A DNA stretch of 32,000 nt from Candidatus Saccharimonadota bacterium (GTDB lineage: Bacteria > Pseudomonadota > Gammaproteobacteria > Enterobacterales > Enterobacteriaceae): NCBI RefSeq assembly GCF_012562765.1, contig NZ_CP046226.1, positions 330,001 to 362,000 on the forward strand, read 5' to 3'. Both the position numbers and the translations under genes were made by a program. Numbering within the stretch: the stretch's first letter is position 1; the number at the start of each line of letters is the position of its first letter. Shown piece after piece: positions 1-8,697 of the stretch. The notes under the pieces were generated by a model. That model searched no databases, had not been told where the DNA came from, and worked only from the letters and a program-made list of their open reading frames with translations.

Positions 1-171
1 TTTTTTAGATTTTTTTTGATAATAATTAAAATTATTTATTTGTAGATTATATAAATTAAATAATAAAATAAATAAAAGAATAATAATTATTATTAATGAT
101 ATTATTATTCTTTTAAAAAAAATTTGGGATGCTTTTGAATTTTTTTGAAAATTTTTTAAATCTAAGTTCAT
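1..171 (-). CDS. mrdA: Penicillin-binding protein 2 (peptidoglycan D,D-transpeptidase MrdA), N-terminal 57 codons only; continues beyond the left edge
   Basis: Absent from the supplied ORF track because it runs off the window edge. Minus-strand ATG at 171-169 is preceded by AAAGGAA (about 184-190). The frame stays open to position 1. Translation: MNLDLKNFQKNSKASQIFFKRIIISLIIIIILLFILLFNLYNLQINNFNYYQKKSKK. This is a short basic tail, one TM helix, then NLYNLQI, matching the E. coli PBP2 N-terminus as I recall it (..FVRRALVAFLGILLLTGVLIANLYNLQIVRFTDYQ..). In E. coli mrdA lies downstream of holA in the same orientation. Confidence 0.6.
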   Translation of the reverse strand, partial: MNLDLKNFQKNSKASQIFFKRIIISLIIIIILLFILLFNLYNLQINNFNYYQKKSKK

Positions 172-229
172 TAGATAATTATTTCCTTTGTTGTTAATAA
201 AAATTAAATATTTTATATTTATATATATT

Positions 230-1246
230 TTAAGAAAGTAATAAAATTAATTTTTCCAAATCTATCCAAAAGTATTTTTTTATATAATCATGAATTAAAA
301 AACTTTTTATATTTATTTCTATTTCTAATAATAATTTAATTGATAGATATAATTGATTATAAGTAATTTTTTTTAATAAATTAATTAAAATCATATATTT
401 ATTTTTAGGTATTAAAAATTTTTCTAATAATAAATAAAAATTATTTTTATTTATATTTCTTTTTAATTTTAAAAGGATAAAAATATTATCTGTTATTTTA
501 TTTAATATTAAAAAAGGATTTATTTCTTCATGTTTCATTTTTATTATTATATTAATACTATGTTGTTTTTCTCCTAATAATATAGAATCAATTAAATCAT
601 AACATTTTATAAATAAAAAATTATTTGTGATATTTAAAATAATTTTTGAATTAATATTATTTTTTTTAGGATATAATACAGATATATCTTTAATAGTTTG
701 ATATAAAAATGTTAAATTATCTTCATATAAATAACATAGTAATTTACAATTATAATCATCTAATAATATATTTAATTTTTTAATTTTAAGATTAATCCAA
801 TGAATTAATTGTATATTATTTAATTTATTACATATAACTAATAAAAATAATTTAATATTAATTATTTTAAAAATAAAATTTGAAGTAATAGCAATATTTG
901 TATGAATTTCTAAAATAAGTATAATATCAATATTAATAATTTTAAAAAGATAATTTATTTTTTCTTTAAATTTAACAAATATTTTTTTATTAAGAAAAAT
1001 AAGATTAATTATTTTTTTTTTATAAAAAAAATTTTTTTCTAAAAATTTTCTAAAAATTAAATTCCATTCAATTTTATTATCTATAATTATAGAATTATAT
1101 TCTATAAAATTTAATATTTTTACTTGATTACGTAAATTAATAATTGTTTTTTTTATAAATAAAGGTTCATTACCAATTATTATATAGCAATTATATATAT
1201 TTTTATAAATATTAATATTTGTATTTTTTATTAAAATTTGATTCAT
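230..1246 (-). CDS. holA: DNA polymerase III delta subunit
   Basis: 338-aa ORF with ATG start, directly downstream of leuS as in the E. coli leuS-lptE-holA operon. It is very divergent, but recognisable blocks align to E. coli HolA: YIIIGNEPLFI vs YLLLGNDPLLL, and LLDDYNCKLLCYLYEDNL vs LELDDAANQVLCYCYEGNL. Length matches (E. coli 343 aa). Confidence 0.8.
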   Translation of the reverse strand: MNQILIKNTNINIYKNIYNCYIIIGNEPLFIKKTIINLRNQVKILNFIEYNSIIIDNKIEWNLIFRKFLEKNFFYKKKIINLIFLNKKIFVKFKEKINYLFKIINIDIILILEIHTNIAITSNFIFKIINIKLFLLVICNKLNNIQLIHWINLKIKKLNILLDDYNCKLLCYLYEDNLTFLYQTIKDISVLYPKKNNINSKIILNITNNFLFIKCYDLIDSILLGEKQHSINIIIKMKHEEINPFLILNKITDNIFILLKLKRNINKNNFYLLLEKFLIPKNKYMILINLLKKITYNQLYLSIKLLLEIEINIKSFLIHDYIKKYFWIDLEKLILLLS

Positions 1247-1349
1247 AAAAAATATTATTCATATGATTAAATCATAAATTACATAATTTTAATTATATTA
1301 ATAATATCATTAATAAAAAAATTTGACAAAAATATTATAAAATTTTTTA

Positions 1350-3884
1350 TTATTCAGTAACTATATTAAAAATTTTATTTGGTATATATATAGTTTTAAT
1401 TATATTATAATTTAATATTAATTTTGATATTTTATCATTATTAAATATATATTTTTTAATATTATTTTTAGAATTTTGATAAATATATGGGATTTTTATA
1501 ATATATTTTTTTTTCCCATTAAGTTGTACAATAATATTTAACAATTTTTTTATATTTAGTTGAGTATTAATAATTACAGGCCATTTTTCATAATCAATGT
1601 TATTTTTATTACCCATATATTTCCATAATACAAAACAAAAATGTGGTGTAAATGGATATAACATTTTAATAATAACTATTAATGCATCATGAATAATAAC
1701 ATAATCTTTTATATCAGAAATTTTATATTTAATTACTTTATTTGTTAATAACATTATTGATGCGATTGCTGTATTAAAAACTTGTCTTCTTTCAATATCA
1801 TCTGATACTTTAATTATTATTTTATTTATATATTCTTGTAATAATGTTTGTTTTATATTCATTTGTAAATATATTTTTTCTTTATTAATATTTTTAATAT
1901 AATAATTAGATTTATTATGTTGATAAATAAATTTCCATATTTTTTTTAAAAATCTTAACATTCCTTTAATTCCAGATTCTTTCCATTCTAAAGATAAATG
2001 AGGAGGAGCAGCAAACATTATAAAAAGTCGTAAAACATCAGCACCATATTTTTTTATTATATTTTCTGGGTCTACTCCATTATTTTTTGATTTAGACATT
2101 TTTATCATGCCATTATATATTAATTTTATACCTGTATTATCTTCAACATCAATAATATTATTATTTTTATCTCTTTTTTTTATAATAACATTTTCAGGTG
2201 ATATCCAATGATATTTATTATTTTTATCTATATAATAAAATGAATCAGCTAAAACCATACCTTGACATAATAAATTTTTTACTGGTTCATCAGTATCTAA
2301 TAAGTTAAAATCTCTCATTAATTTATGAAAAAATCTAAAATACATTAAATGCATAGTAGCATGTTCTATACCACCTATATATTGATCAACAGGTAACCAA
2401 TATTTTGCAGAAGATTTATTTATCATTGATTTATTGTATTTAGGACAGGTATATCTTGCATAATACCAAGAAGATTCTATAAAAGTATCAAAAGTATCAG
2501 TTTCTCTAATACCCTTTAAACCATTAAAATTATATTTAAACCAATCTAAATTATTATTAATTTTAGTACTATAATTATCTTCTATATTTTGACTAAATAT
2601 TTTACTAGGAAATGATATTGGTAAGTCTTTTTCTGTTAAAGGAATAATTTTTTTATTATTTAATATAATTACTGGTATAGGTGTACCCCACAAACGTTGT
2701 CTTGAAATACTCCAATCTTTTAAACGATAATATTTTTTTTTTTTTGCTATACCTTTTTTAATTAAATTATTAATAAATAATTGAATATTATTTTTATTAA
2801 TTAAAAAATTTATATTTTGATCTAATATAATAGGTATATTATATTTTTGGGTAAATATATAATCTTCTTTATTATGTGTAGGAAGTCCAATACTTACTTG
2901 AATGTCATAATCATTATAAATTTTATTAACTATAAAGATAGGAATTTTTTTTTTTGTTATTGTATCAACAGCAAATAATTCACTATTAATACATAATTCT
3001 TTAACAGAATTCATTTCTAATAATAAATTAGATGATTTTATAAAATTATTAATTTTACTATTTAAATAGGAAAGTTTTATACATATAGGATGATTAAATA
3101 ATATTTTTATAAAACAAATATCAGTATAAAAATCAATATTTTCTATAAAAACTTTTATTTTATAATTATTATTAAAAATATAAAAATTTACTTCTAAACC
3201 TTCTATTTTACCTATCCAATTAATTTGCATAGTTTTAACTTTTTTAGGCCAACCATTTAATTTTTTTAATGAATTTAATAATTCTTCAGCATAATTAGTT
3301 ATTTTAAGAAACCATTGAGAAATAGATTTTTTTATCACAATACTATTACATCTCCAACAACAATTATTATGAACTTGTTCATTTGCTAGTACAGTTTGAT
3401 CATTTGGACACCAATTTACAGATGAAATCTTTTTATAAACTAATCCATGATTATATAATTTTAAGAAAAACCATTGTTCCCAACGATAATAATCAGAATG
3501 ACAAGTAGTTATTTCTCTATTCCAATCAAAACTAAAACCTAATAATTTTAATTGTTTTCTCATATAATAAATATTATTTTTAGTCCATATATCTGGTCTT
3601 ACATTATTATTTATTGCTGCTATTTCAGCAGGTAATCCAAAAGCATCCCAACCAATAGGATGTAAAACATTTTTACCTAACATACGTTGATATCTCGCAA
3701 TTACATCTCCAATTGTATAATTACGTACATGTCCCATATGTAATTTTCCTGAAGGATAAGGTAACATAGAAAGACAATAAAATTTTTTTTTATTTTTATC
3801 TTCAGTAACTTGAAATGTTTTATTTATTTCCCATTCTTTTTGTACATATAATTCTATTTCTTTAGGTAAATATTCTTTTTTCAT
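1350..3884 (-). CDS. leuS: Leucyl-tRNA synthetase
   Basis: 844 aa, aligning without gaps to E. coli LeuRS over the first ~260 residues. HMGH (LPYPSGKLHMGHVRNYTIGDVIARYQRMLGKNVL) and KMSKS motifs are present. The CP1 editing motif is degenerate (see findings). Confidence 0.97.
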   Translation of the reverse strand: MKKEYLPKEIELYVQKEWEINKTFQVTEDKNKKKFYCLSMLPYPSGKLHMGHVRNYTIGDVIARYQRMLGKNVLHPIGWDAFGLPAEIAAINNNVRPDIWTKNNIYYMRKQLKLLGFSFDWNREITTCHSDYYRWEQWFFLKLYNHGLVYKKISSVNWCPNDQTVLANEQVHNNCCWRCNSIVIKKSISQWFLKITNYAEELLNSLKKLNGWPKKVKTMQINWIGKIEGLEVNFYIFNNNYKIKVFIENIDFYTDICFIKILFNHPICIKLSYLNSKINNFIKSSNLLLEMNSVKELCINSELFAVDTITKKKIPIFIVNKIYNDYDIQVSIGLPTHNKEDYIFTQKYNIPIILDQNINFLINKNNIQLFINNLIKKGIAKKKKYYRLKDWSISRQRLWGTPIPVIILNNKKIIPLTEKDLPISFPSKIFSQNIEDNYSTKINNNLDWFKYNFNGLKGIRETDTFDTFIESSWYYARYTCPKYNKSMINKSSAKYWLPVDQYIGGIEHATMHLMYFRFFHKLMRDFNLLDTDEPVKNLLCQGMVLADSFYYIDKNNKYHWISPENVIIKKRDKNNNIIDVEDNTGIKLIYNGMIKMSKSKNNGVDPENIIKKYGADVLRLFIMFAAPPHLSLEWKESGIKGMLRFLKKIWKFIYQHNKSNYYIKNINKEKIYLQMNIKQTLLQEYINKIIIKVSDDIERRQVFNTAIASIMLLTNKVIKYKISDIKDYVIIHDALIVIIKMLYPFTPHFCFVLWKYMGNKNNIDYEKWPVIINTQLNIKKLLNIIVQLNGKKKYIIKIPYIYQNSKNNIKKYIFNNDKISKLILNYNIIKTIYIPNKIFNIVTE

Positions 3885-4135
3885 ATTTATATATACTTTT
3901 TTATTTTATTTATAAAATTTATAATATTATATTAGAATAATATAATTAAATATCATTTATAATTTGTAGATATATGTAGTTAAATAATGTTTATTTAGTT
4001 TTTTAAAACTTAAAAATTATTTAAAAAATACTTTTATTTTAATTTTTTAATAAACTTTAAGTTAATTTAAATATTTTCATATTTATGAATAATAATTTTA
4101 AATTTTAATTTAAATATAGATCTTATAAAATATAG

Positions 4136-4588
4136 TTAATTATAAGGATTAGAATATCCAAGAATATTAAGTAATTTAATTTCTTCTAGTTGCATAATTT
4201 TTTTGTCATTATCGTAAATATGATCAAATTTTAATAAATGTAAACTTGAATGTATAATCATATGAGCCCAATATTCTTCTATTTTTTTATTATATATTAA
4301 AGCTTCATATTCAATAACTTCTTTACATAATATAATGTCTCCTAAAAGAAATTTTTTAAAAAAATGATCTTCATAAGAAAAACATAAAACATTAGTTACT
4401 TTATTAATATTTAAAAATTTTGTATTAAGATTTTGTATGATTTTTTTTTCTACAACACAAATATTTATTACAAATTTTTTTTTATAACTATGAAAAATAG
4501 TATTTAACCAATTATATAAAATATTTTTCATAGGTAAATTATTATAATTTTTACAATAATTATTGTAATTTAATGTAATTTTTATCAT
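4136..4588 (-). CDS. ybeY: Endoribonuclease YbeY (16S rRNA 3'-end maturation)
   Basis: 150 aa. The zinc-binding motif HxxxHxxxxxH is present as HSSLHLLKFDH (E. coli HGxLHLxGYDH). It sits downstream of miaB as in E. coli, but with ybeZ missing between them. Confidence 0.9.
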   Translation of the reverse strand: MIKITLNYNNYCKNYNNLPMKNILYNWLNTIFHSYKKKFVINICVVEKKIIQNLNTKFLNINKVTNVLCFSYEDHFFKKFLLGDIILCKEVIEYEALIYNKKIEEYWAHMIIHSSLHLLKFDHIYDNDKKIMQLEEIKLLNILGYSNPYN

Positions 4589-4643
4589 ATATTATTTATT
4601 AATAAATTTTAATTTAAAATTATATAAATATTTTTAATTAATA

Positions 4644-5987
4644 TTAATTATTACTTATAGAAATAAATTTACCATGTAATGAATATAAATAAAAAGCAGT
4701 AATTTTTATATTAACTAATTTTCCAATATAATTATATTTATTTTGAAAAAAAACAACCCTATTATTTTCTGTTCTACCATAAAAAAATTGTTTATTCTGA
4801 GGAGATATTCCTTCTACTAAAATAGTTTGTATAGTATTTAACATTTTTTTACTAAATTTTTTAGTTTGTTGTTTAATATAATATTGTAAGATATATAATC
4901 TTTGTTTTTTTTCATATTCACTAATATTATTATTATTTAATCTGCTTGCAGGTGTTCCAGGTCTAGGAGAATATATAAAACTAAAACTCATATCAAAATT
5001 AATATCTAATATTAATGAAATAGTTTTATAAAAATCATTTTTTGTTTCTCCTGGAAAACCTACAATAAAATCTGAGCTAATTTGAATATTAGGTCTAATA
5101 TTTTTTAATTTATTTATAATATTTTTATATTCAATAATATTATATCTTCTTTTCATTAACGATAAAATTTTATTAGAACCACTTTGTACAGGTAAGTGAA
5201 CGAAACTAACTAATTGAGGTAATTTTTTATAAGTTTCAATTAATTCATCTGAAAAATTTTGTGGATGACTAGTAGTAAATCTAATTCTTTTAATATTTTT
5301 AATTTTAGAAATCATTTTTAATAAAACTGAAAAACTATAAATTTTACCTTGTAAATCTACATATTTATAAGCATTAACATTTTGTCCTAATAAATGAACT
5401 TCTCTAACTCCTTGCATAGATAAAATTTTTATTTCAGAAATAATATCTTGATAAGGTCTACTAATTTCTTTTCCTCTTGTATATGGTACTATACAATAAG
5501 TACAATATTTATTACAACCTTCTATTATAGAAATAAATTCACTAATATTTTTTTTTTGTGGTAATGGAAAATAATTAAATTTTTCTATTTTTGGAAAACT
5601 AATATCAATTAAATACTTTTTAAATTTTCGAACTTTATTAATCATCATAGGAATTCTATGTAAAGTTTGTGGTCCAAAAATAATATCTACATGATTAGCT
5701 CTATTTAATATTCTTTTACCTTCTTGTGCTGCAACACATCCTCCAACCCCAATAATTATATTAGGATCTAATTTTTTAAATTTTTTCCATCTACCTAATT
5801 GATGAAATAATTTTTCTTGTGCTTTTTCTCTAATAGAACATGTATTTAATATAATTATATTAGCATTTTCTATAGAATCTGTAATTTTACAGTTTAATTC
5901 TTTTTGCATTAAATCGGCTATCTTAGATGAATCATATTCATTCATTTGACAGCCCCAAGTTTTAATATATAATTTATTATTTAACAT
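4644..5987 (-). CDS. miaB: tRNA-i6A37 methylthiotransferase MiaB (radical SAM)
   Basis: 447 aa. N-terminal cysteines are in conserved context ([36 protein letters not shown]). The radical-SAM CxxxCxxC is present as CNKYCTYC. Confidence 0.95.
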   Translation of the reverse strand: MLNNKLYIKTWGCQMNEYDSSKIADLMQKELNCKITDSIENANIIILNTCSIREKAQEKLFHQLGRWKKFKKLDPNIIIGVGGCVAAQEGKRILNRANHVDIIFGPQTLHRIPMMINKVRKFKKYLIDISFPKIEKFNYFPLPQKKNISEFISIIEGCNKYCTYCIVPYTRGKEISRPYQDIISEIKILSMQGVREVHLLGQNVNAYKYVDLQGKIYSFSVLLKMISKIKNIKRIRFTTSHPQNFSDELIETYKKLPQLVSFVHLPVQSGSNKILSLMKRRYNIIEYKNIINKLKNIRPNIQISSDFIVGFPGETKNDFYKTISLILDINFDMSFSFIYSPRPGTPASRLNNNNISEYEKKQRLYILQYYIKQQTKKFSKKMLNTIQTILVEGISPQNKQFFYGRTENNRVVFFQNKYNYIGKLVNIKITAFYLYSLHGKFISISNN

Positions 5988-6050
5988 AATAATCTATTAT
6001 TCATCATTAAATTTATTAAATATAAATAATATTAGTTAATGTATAACTAA

Positions 6051-6122
6051 CTGGGGTACCTGGATTTGAACCAGGGATGCCGGTATCAAAAACCGGTGCC
6101 TTAACCTCTTGGCTATACCCCA
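6051..6122 (-). tRNA. tRNA-Gln (anticodon UUG); no encoded CCA
   Basis: Reverse complement: TGGGGTATAGCCAAGAGGTTAAGGCACCGGTTTTTGATACCGGCATCCCTGGTTCAAATCCAGGTACCCCAG. It is near-identical in architecture to E. coli tRNA-Gln. The anticodon loop is UUUUGAU. The next bases are TTAG, so there is no CCA. Confidence 0.95.
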
Positions 6123-6151
6123 AAATTTTTTATATATAAATATAAAAAATT

Positions 6152-6235
6152 TGCGGAAGACGAGATTTGAACTCGTATATTATAAATAATGCCAGAACCT
6201 AAATCTGGTGCGTCTTCCAATTCCGCCACTTCCGC
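6152..6235 (-). tRNA. leuW: tRNA-Leu (anticodon UAG), class II with an A/T-substituted variable arm; no encoded CCA
   Basis: Reverse complement: GCGGAAGTGGCGGAATTGGAAGACGCACCAGATTTAGGTTCTGGCATTATTTATAATATACGAGTTCAAATCTCGTCTTCCGCA. The anticodon loop is UUUAGGU. It occupies the same position as leuW in the E. coli metT-leuW-glnU cluster. The variable-arm stem is ATTAT/ATAAT where E. coli has a G+C-rich stem. Confidence 0.93.
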
Positions 6236-6246
6236 CAAATTTTTCA

Positions 6247-6320
6247 TAGCTACGATGGGAATTGAACCCATGACCTCAGCGTTATGAGTGCTGTGCTCTA
6301 ACCATCTGAGCTACGTAGCT
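6247..6320 (-). tRNA. metT: tRNA-Met, elongator (anticodon CAU); no encoded CCA
   Basis: Reverse complement: AGCTACGTAGCTCAGATGGTTAGAGCACAGCACTCATAACGCTGAGGTCATGGGTTCAATTCCCATCGTAGCTA. The acceptor and D arms match E. coli metT (GGCUACGUAGCUCAG..), not ileX or the initiator. Confidence 0.9.
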
Positions 6321-6343
6321 AAAATTTATTTCTTTGTAAATAT

Positions 6344-6372
6344 ATTATGTAAATATAAAATTAGAACGTCAA
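6344..6372 (-). promoter_or_regulatory. Candidate sigma-70 promoter of the tRNA-Met/Leu/Gln (possibly also miaB-ybeY) transcription unit
   Basis: The minus strand reads TTGACG (6372-6367), a 17-nt spacer, then CATAAT (6349-6344). The -10 ends 23 nt upstream of the tRNA-Met 5' end. The G/C-containing -35 stands out in an otherwise A/T-only spacer. This is a motif match only. Confidence 0.45.
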
Positions 6373-6436
6373 CTATTTTATTACTTAAAATGAATATTTT
6401 TATTAATTATATTATAAAAAAACGGTATATAAATCA

Positions 6437-8104
6437 ATGTATAAAAAAAATAATACTTATAAAAATAATTTTATTTATCAAATTATTAATAATGATTTAA
6501 AAAATAAAAAATATAATTTAATATATACAAGATTTCCACCTGAACCTAATGGTTATTTACATATTGGACATATTAAATCTATATTTCTTAATTTTAAAAT
6601 TGCAAAAGATTTTAATGGTAAATGTAATTTAAGAATTGATGATACTAATCCTGTTAAAGAAAATATTGAATATATAAAATCTATAAAAAGAGATTTAATT
6701 TGGTTAGGTTTTAAATGGTCAGATAATATTAAATATTCATCAGATTATTTTTGTCAATTATATGAATATGCTTTAGAATTAATTAATAAAGGTTTAGCAT
6801 ATGTTGATGAATTAAATATAGAAGAAATTCGTCATTTTAGAGGAACTTTATTAATTCCTGGTAAAAATAGTCCATATAGAAATCGTAGTATACAAGAAAA
6901 TTTAAAATTATTTGAAAAAATGAAATCAGGTGAATTTTCTGAAGGAAGTGTATCTTTAAGAGCTAAAATAAATATGCAATCTAAAATTATTCTTTTACGA
7001 GATCCTGTTTTATATAGAATTAAGTTTGTAAAACATCATCAAACAGGAAATAAATGGTGTATATATCCTATGTATGATTTTGCTCATTGTATTGCAGATG
7101 CTATTGAAGGAATTACACATTCTTTATGTACATTAGAATTTCAAGATAATAGATTATTATATAATTGGATACTTAAAAATATAAGTATAAATCATTATCC
7201 AAAACAATATGAATTTTCTAGGTTAAATATTGAGTATTCTGTATTATCTAAAAGAAAAATGAATTTATTAGTTAATAATAAAATCGTAAATGGATGGGAT
7301 GATCCTAGAATGTTAACAATTTCAGGATTACGAAGAAGAGGTTATTCTGCATCATCTTTAAAAGAATTTTGTTCTCGTATAGGTGTTACAAAACAAAATA
7401 ATATGATAGAGATGGTATCTCTTGAATCATGTATTAGAAATGAATTAAATAAAAATGCTCATAGGATAATGGCTGTATTAAAACCTTTAAAAATAATTAT
7501 TACAAATTTCCCTATTACAAAAGAAAAAATTAAAATTATTGCTCCTAATCATCCTAATGATAATACTATGGGATTTAGAGATATTTTTTTTACTAAAGAA
7601 ATATATATAAATAAATTAGATTTTATTGAAAATAATATAAATAATAGTAAAAAACTTTCTTTAGGAAAAGAAATACGTTTAAGATATGCTTTTGTAATTA
7701 AAGCAGAAAAAATTTTAAAAAATAATAAAGGAAAAATTATTTGTATATATTGTACTTATGATCCTAATACATTAGGTAAAAAAGTAAGTAAAAATAGAAA
7801 TGTAAAAGGAGTTATTCATTGGTTATCAATTTCTTATTCTATTCCTGCTATTTTTCGTATATATAATAATTTATTTATAAAAAAAAATATTGATAATATC
7901 AATAATATCGATAATATCTTTTCTTTTTTAAATAACAAATCATTATTAATATATAATGGTTTTATTGAAAAAAATGTTTTAGATAAAAAAAATAAATCTT
8001 TTCAGTTTGAAAGAGAAGGTTATTTTTGTTTAGATAAAAAAGATTCTAATAAACAAATGTTGTTTTTTAATCAAATAACATCATTAAAAACAAATTTTAA
8101 ATAA
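6437..8104 (+). CDS. glnS: Glutaminyl-tRNA synthetase
   Basis: 555 aa (E. coli 554). Matches include [11 protein letters not shown].., [15 protein letters not shown] (HIGH motif), [20 protein letters not shown] and [12 protein letters not shown], all aligning with E. coli GlnRS. Confidence 0.97.
   Translation: MYKKNNTYKNNFIYQIINNDLKNKKYNLIYTRFPPEPNGYLHIGHIKSIFLNFKIAKDFNGKCNLRIDDTNPVKENIEYIKSIKRDLIWLGFKWSDNIKYSSDYFCQLYEYALELINKGLAYVDELNIEEIRHFRGTLLIPGKNSPYRNRSIQENLKLFEKMKSGEFSEGSVSLRAKINMQSKIILLRDPVLYRIKFVKHHQTGNKWCIYPMYDFAHCIADAIEGITHSLCTLEFQDNRLLYNWILKNISINHYPKQYEFSRLNIEYSVLSKRKMNLLVNNKIVNGWDDPRMLTISGLRRRGYSASSLKEFCSRIGVTKQNNMIEMVSLESCIRNELNKNAHRIMAVLKPLKIIITNFPITKEKIKIIAPNHPNDNTMGFRDIFFTKEIYINKLDFIENNINNSKKLSLGKEIRLRYAFVIKAEKILKNNKGKIICIYCTYDPNTLGKKVSKNRNVKGVIHWLSISYSIPAIFRIYNNLFIKKNIDNINNIDNIFSFLNNKSLLIYNGFIEKNVLDKKNKSFQFEREGYFCLDKKDSNKQMLFFNQITSLKTNFK
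7892..7918 (+). repeat. In-frame tandem repeat, 3 x 9 bp (GATAATATC/AATAATATC/GATAATATC), inside glnS
   Basis: Read directly from the sequence. It encodes DNI-NNI-DNI in a poorly conserved C-terminal loop of GlnRS. Confidence 0.8.
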
Positions 8105-8115
8105 TTATAATTATT

Positions 8116-8153
8116 AAAAAATCAATTATATTAAATAATATAATTGATTTTTT
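8116..8153. terminator. Bidirectional intrinsic-terminator-like hairpin between convergent glnS and fldA
   Basis: Perfect 17-bp inverted repeat AAAAAATCAATTATATT (8116-8132) / AATATAATTGATTTTTT (8137-8153) with a 4-nt loop AAAT. Each arm ends in a T run when read on its own strand. It sits 12 nt after the glnS stop and 14 nt after the fldA stop. The stem has only one G:C pair, so stability is modest. Confidence 0.55.
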
Positions 8154-8166
8154 TCAAAAAAATAAA

Positions 8167-8673
8167 TTAAATTTCTTTAGATATTTGTTTAACCCATTTT
8201 TTAATACGTAAAGAAGTTAAATGAGATTGTCTATCTTCATCTATAGTTAATCCTAAAAAATAATCTTTATTTTTTAAACTTTTAGTGCACGTAAAATTAT
8301 ATCCTAAAGTAGGCCAATATCCTATTATTGTAGCTTTATTTTTTTTAACAATTTTATAAATTAAACTAATTGCATCACAAAAATAATCTCCATAATCTTC
8401 TTGATCTCCACATCCAAATAAAGCTACAATTTTATTTTTAAAATTAATTTTTTTTAAGATAGGAAAAAAATCTTCCCAATCACATTGAGCTTCACCATAA
8501 TACCAAGTAGATATACCAAATAATAATATTGGAAAATTTTCAATATCTTGTTTACTACTTTTAGAAATATCAAAAATATTAGTAATGTTAGTACCTAATT
8601 CTTTTCTAATATTCAATGCAACATTTTCTGTATTTCCTGTATCACTACCAAAAAAAATACCTATTTTAGACAT
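8167..8673 (-). CDS. fldA: Flavodoxin 1
   Basis: [15 protein letters not shown].., [35 protein letters not shown] and LTIDEDRQ all match E. coli FldA. The track ORF starts at 8682 (MINMSKIG..). The second ATG (8673, MSKIGIFF) aligns exactly with E. coli MAITGIFF. It also has more plausible spacing from the AAGGA at 8685-8689 (11 nt vs 2 nt). Confidence 0.93.
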   Translation of the reverse strand: MSKIGIFFGSDTGNTENVALNIRKELGTNITNIFDISKSSKQDIENFPILLFGISTWYYGEAQCDWEDFFPILKKINFKNKIVALFGCGDQEDYGDYFCDAISLIYKIVKKNKATIIGYWPTLGYNFTCTKSLKNKDYFLGLTIDEDRQSHLTSLRIKKWVKQISKEI

Positions 8674-8697
8674 ATTAATCATTATCCTTTAATAATT

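Noticed and set aside
74-114. 14-bp perfect inverted repeat AAAAGAATAATAAT / ATTATTATTCTTTT with a 13-nt loop, first considered as the holA terminator
   Set aside because: It lies inside the newly recognised mrdA reading frame, encoding the Ile/Leu-rich TM helix. It is also downstream of the mrdA start, so it cannot be the holA terminator.
1301-1329. Promoter-like TTGTCA-N17-TATTAT on the minus strand upstream of holA (the plus strand also reads TTGACA at 1323-1328)
   Set aside because: It is a motif match only. -10-like hexamers occur by chance everywhere at this composition, and holA is probably co-transcribed with leuS as in E. coli. This is not enough to call a feature.
3885-4135. 251-bp ybeY-leuS spacer and 162-bp secG-ftsH spacer (22063-22224), examined for relics of lnt/corC and glmM/folP or for small genes
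   Set aside because: No G/C-containing islands, no SD-like motifs, and only ORFs of 10 codons or fewer on either strand. I cannot support any pseudogene or small-gene call there.
6288-6500. 70-aa plus-strand ORF from the track
   Set aside because: Its 5' part is the antisense of tRNA-Met, and the rest is low-complexity A/T spacer overlapping the glnS start in another frame. It has no SD and no recognisable protein features.
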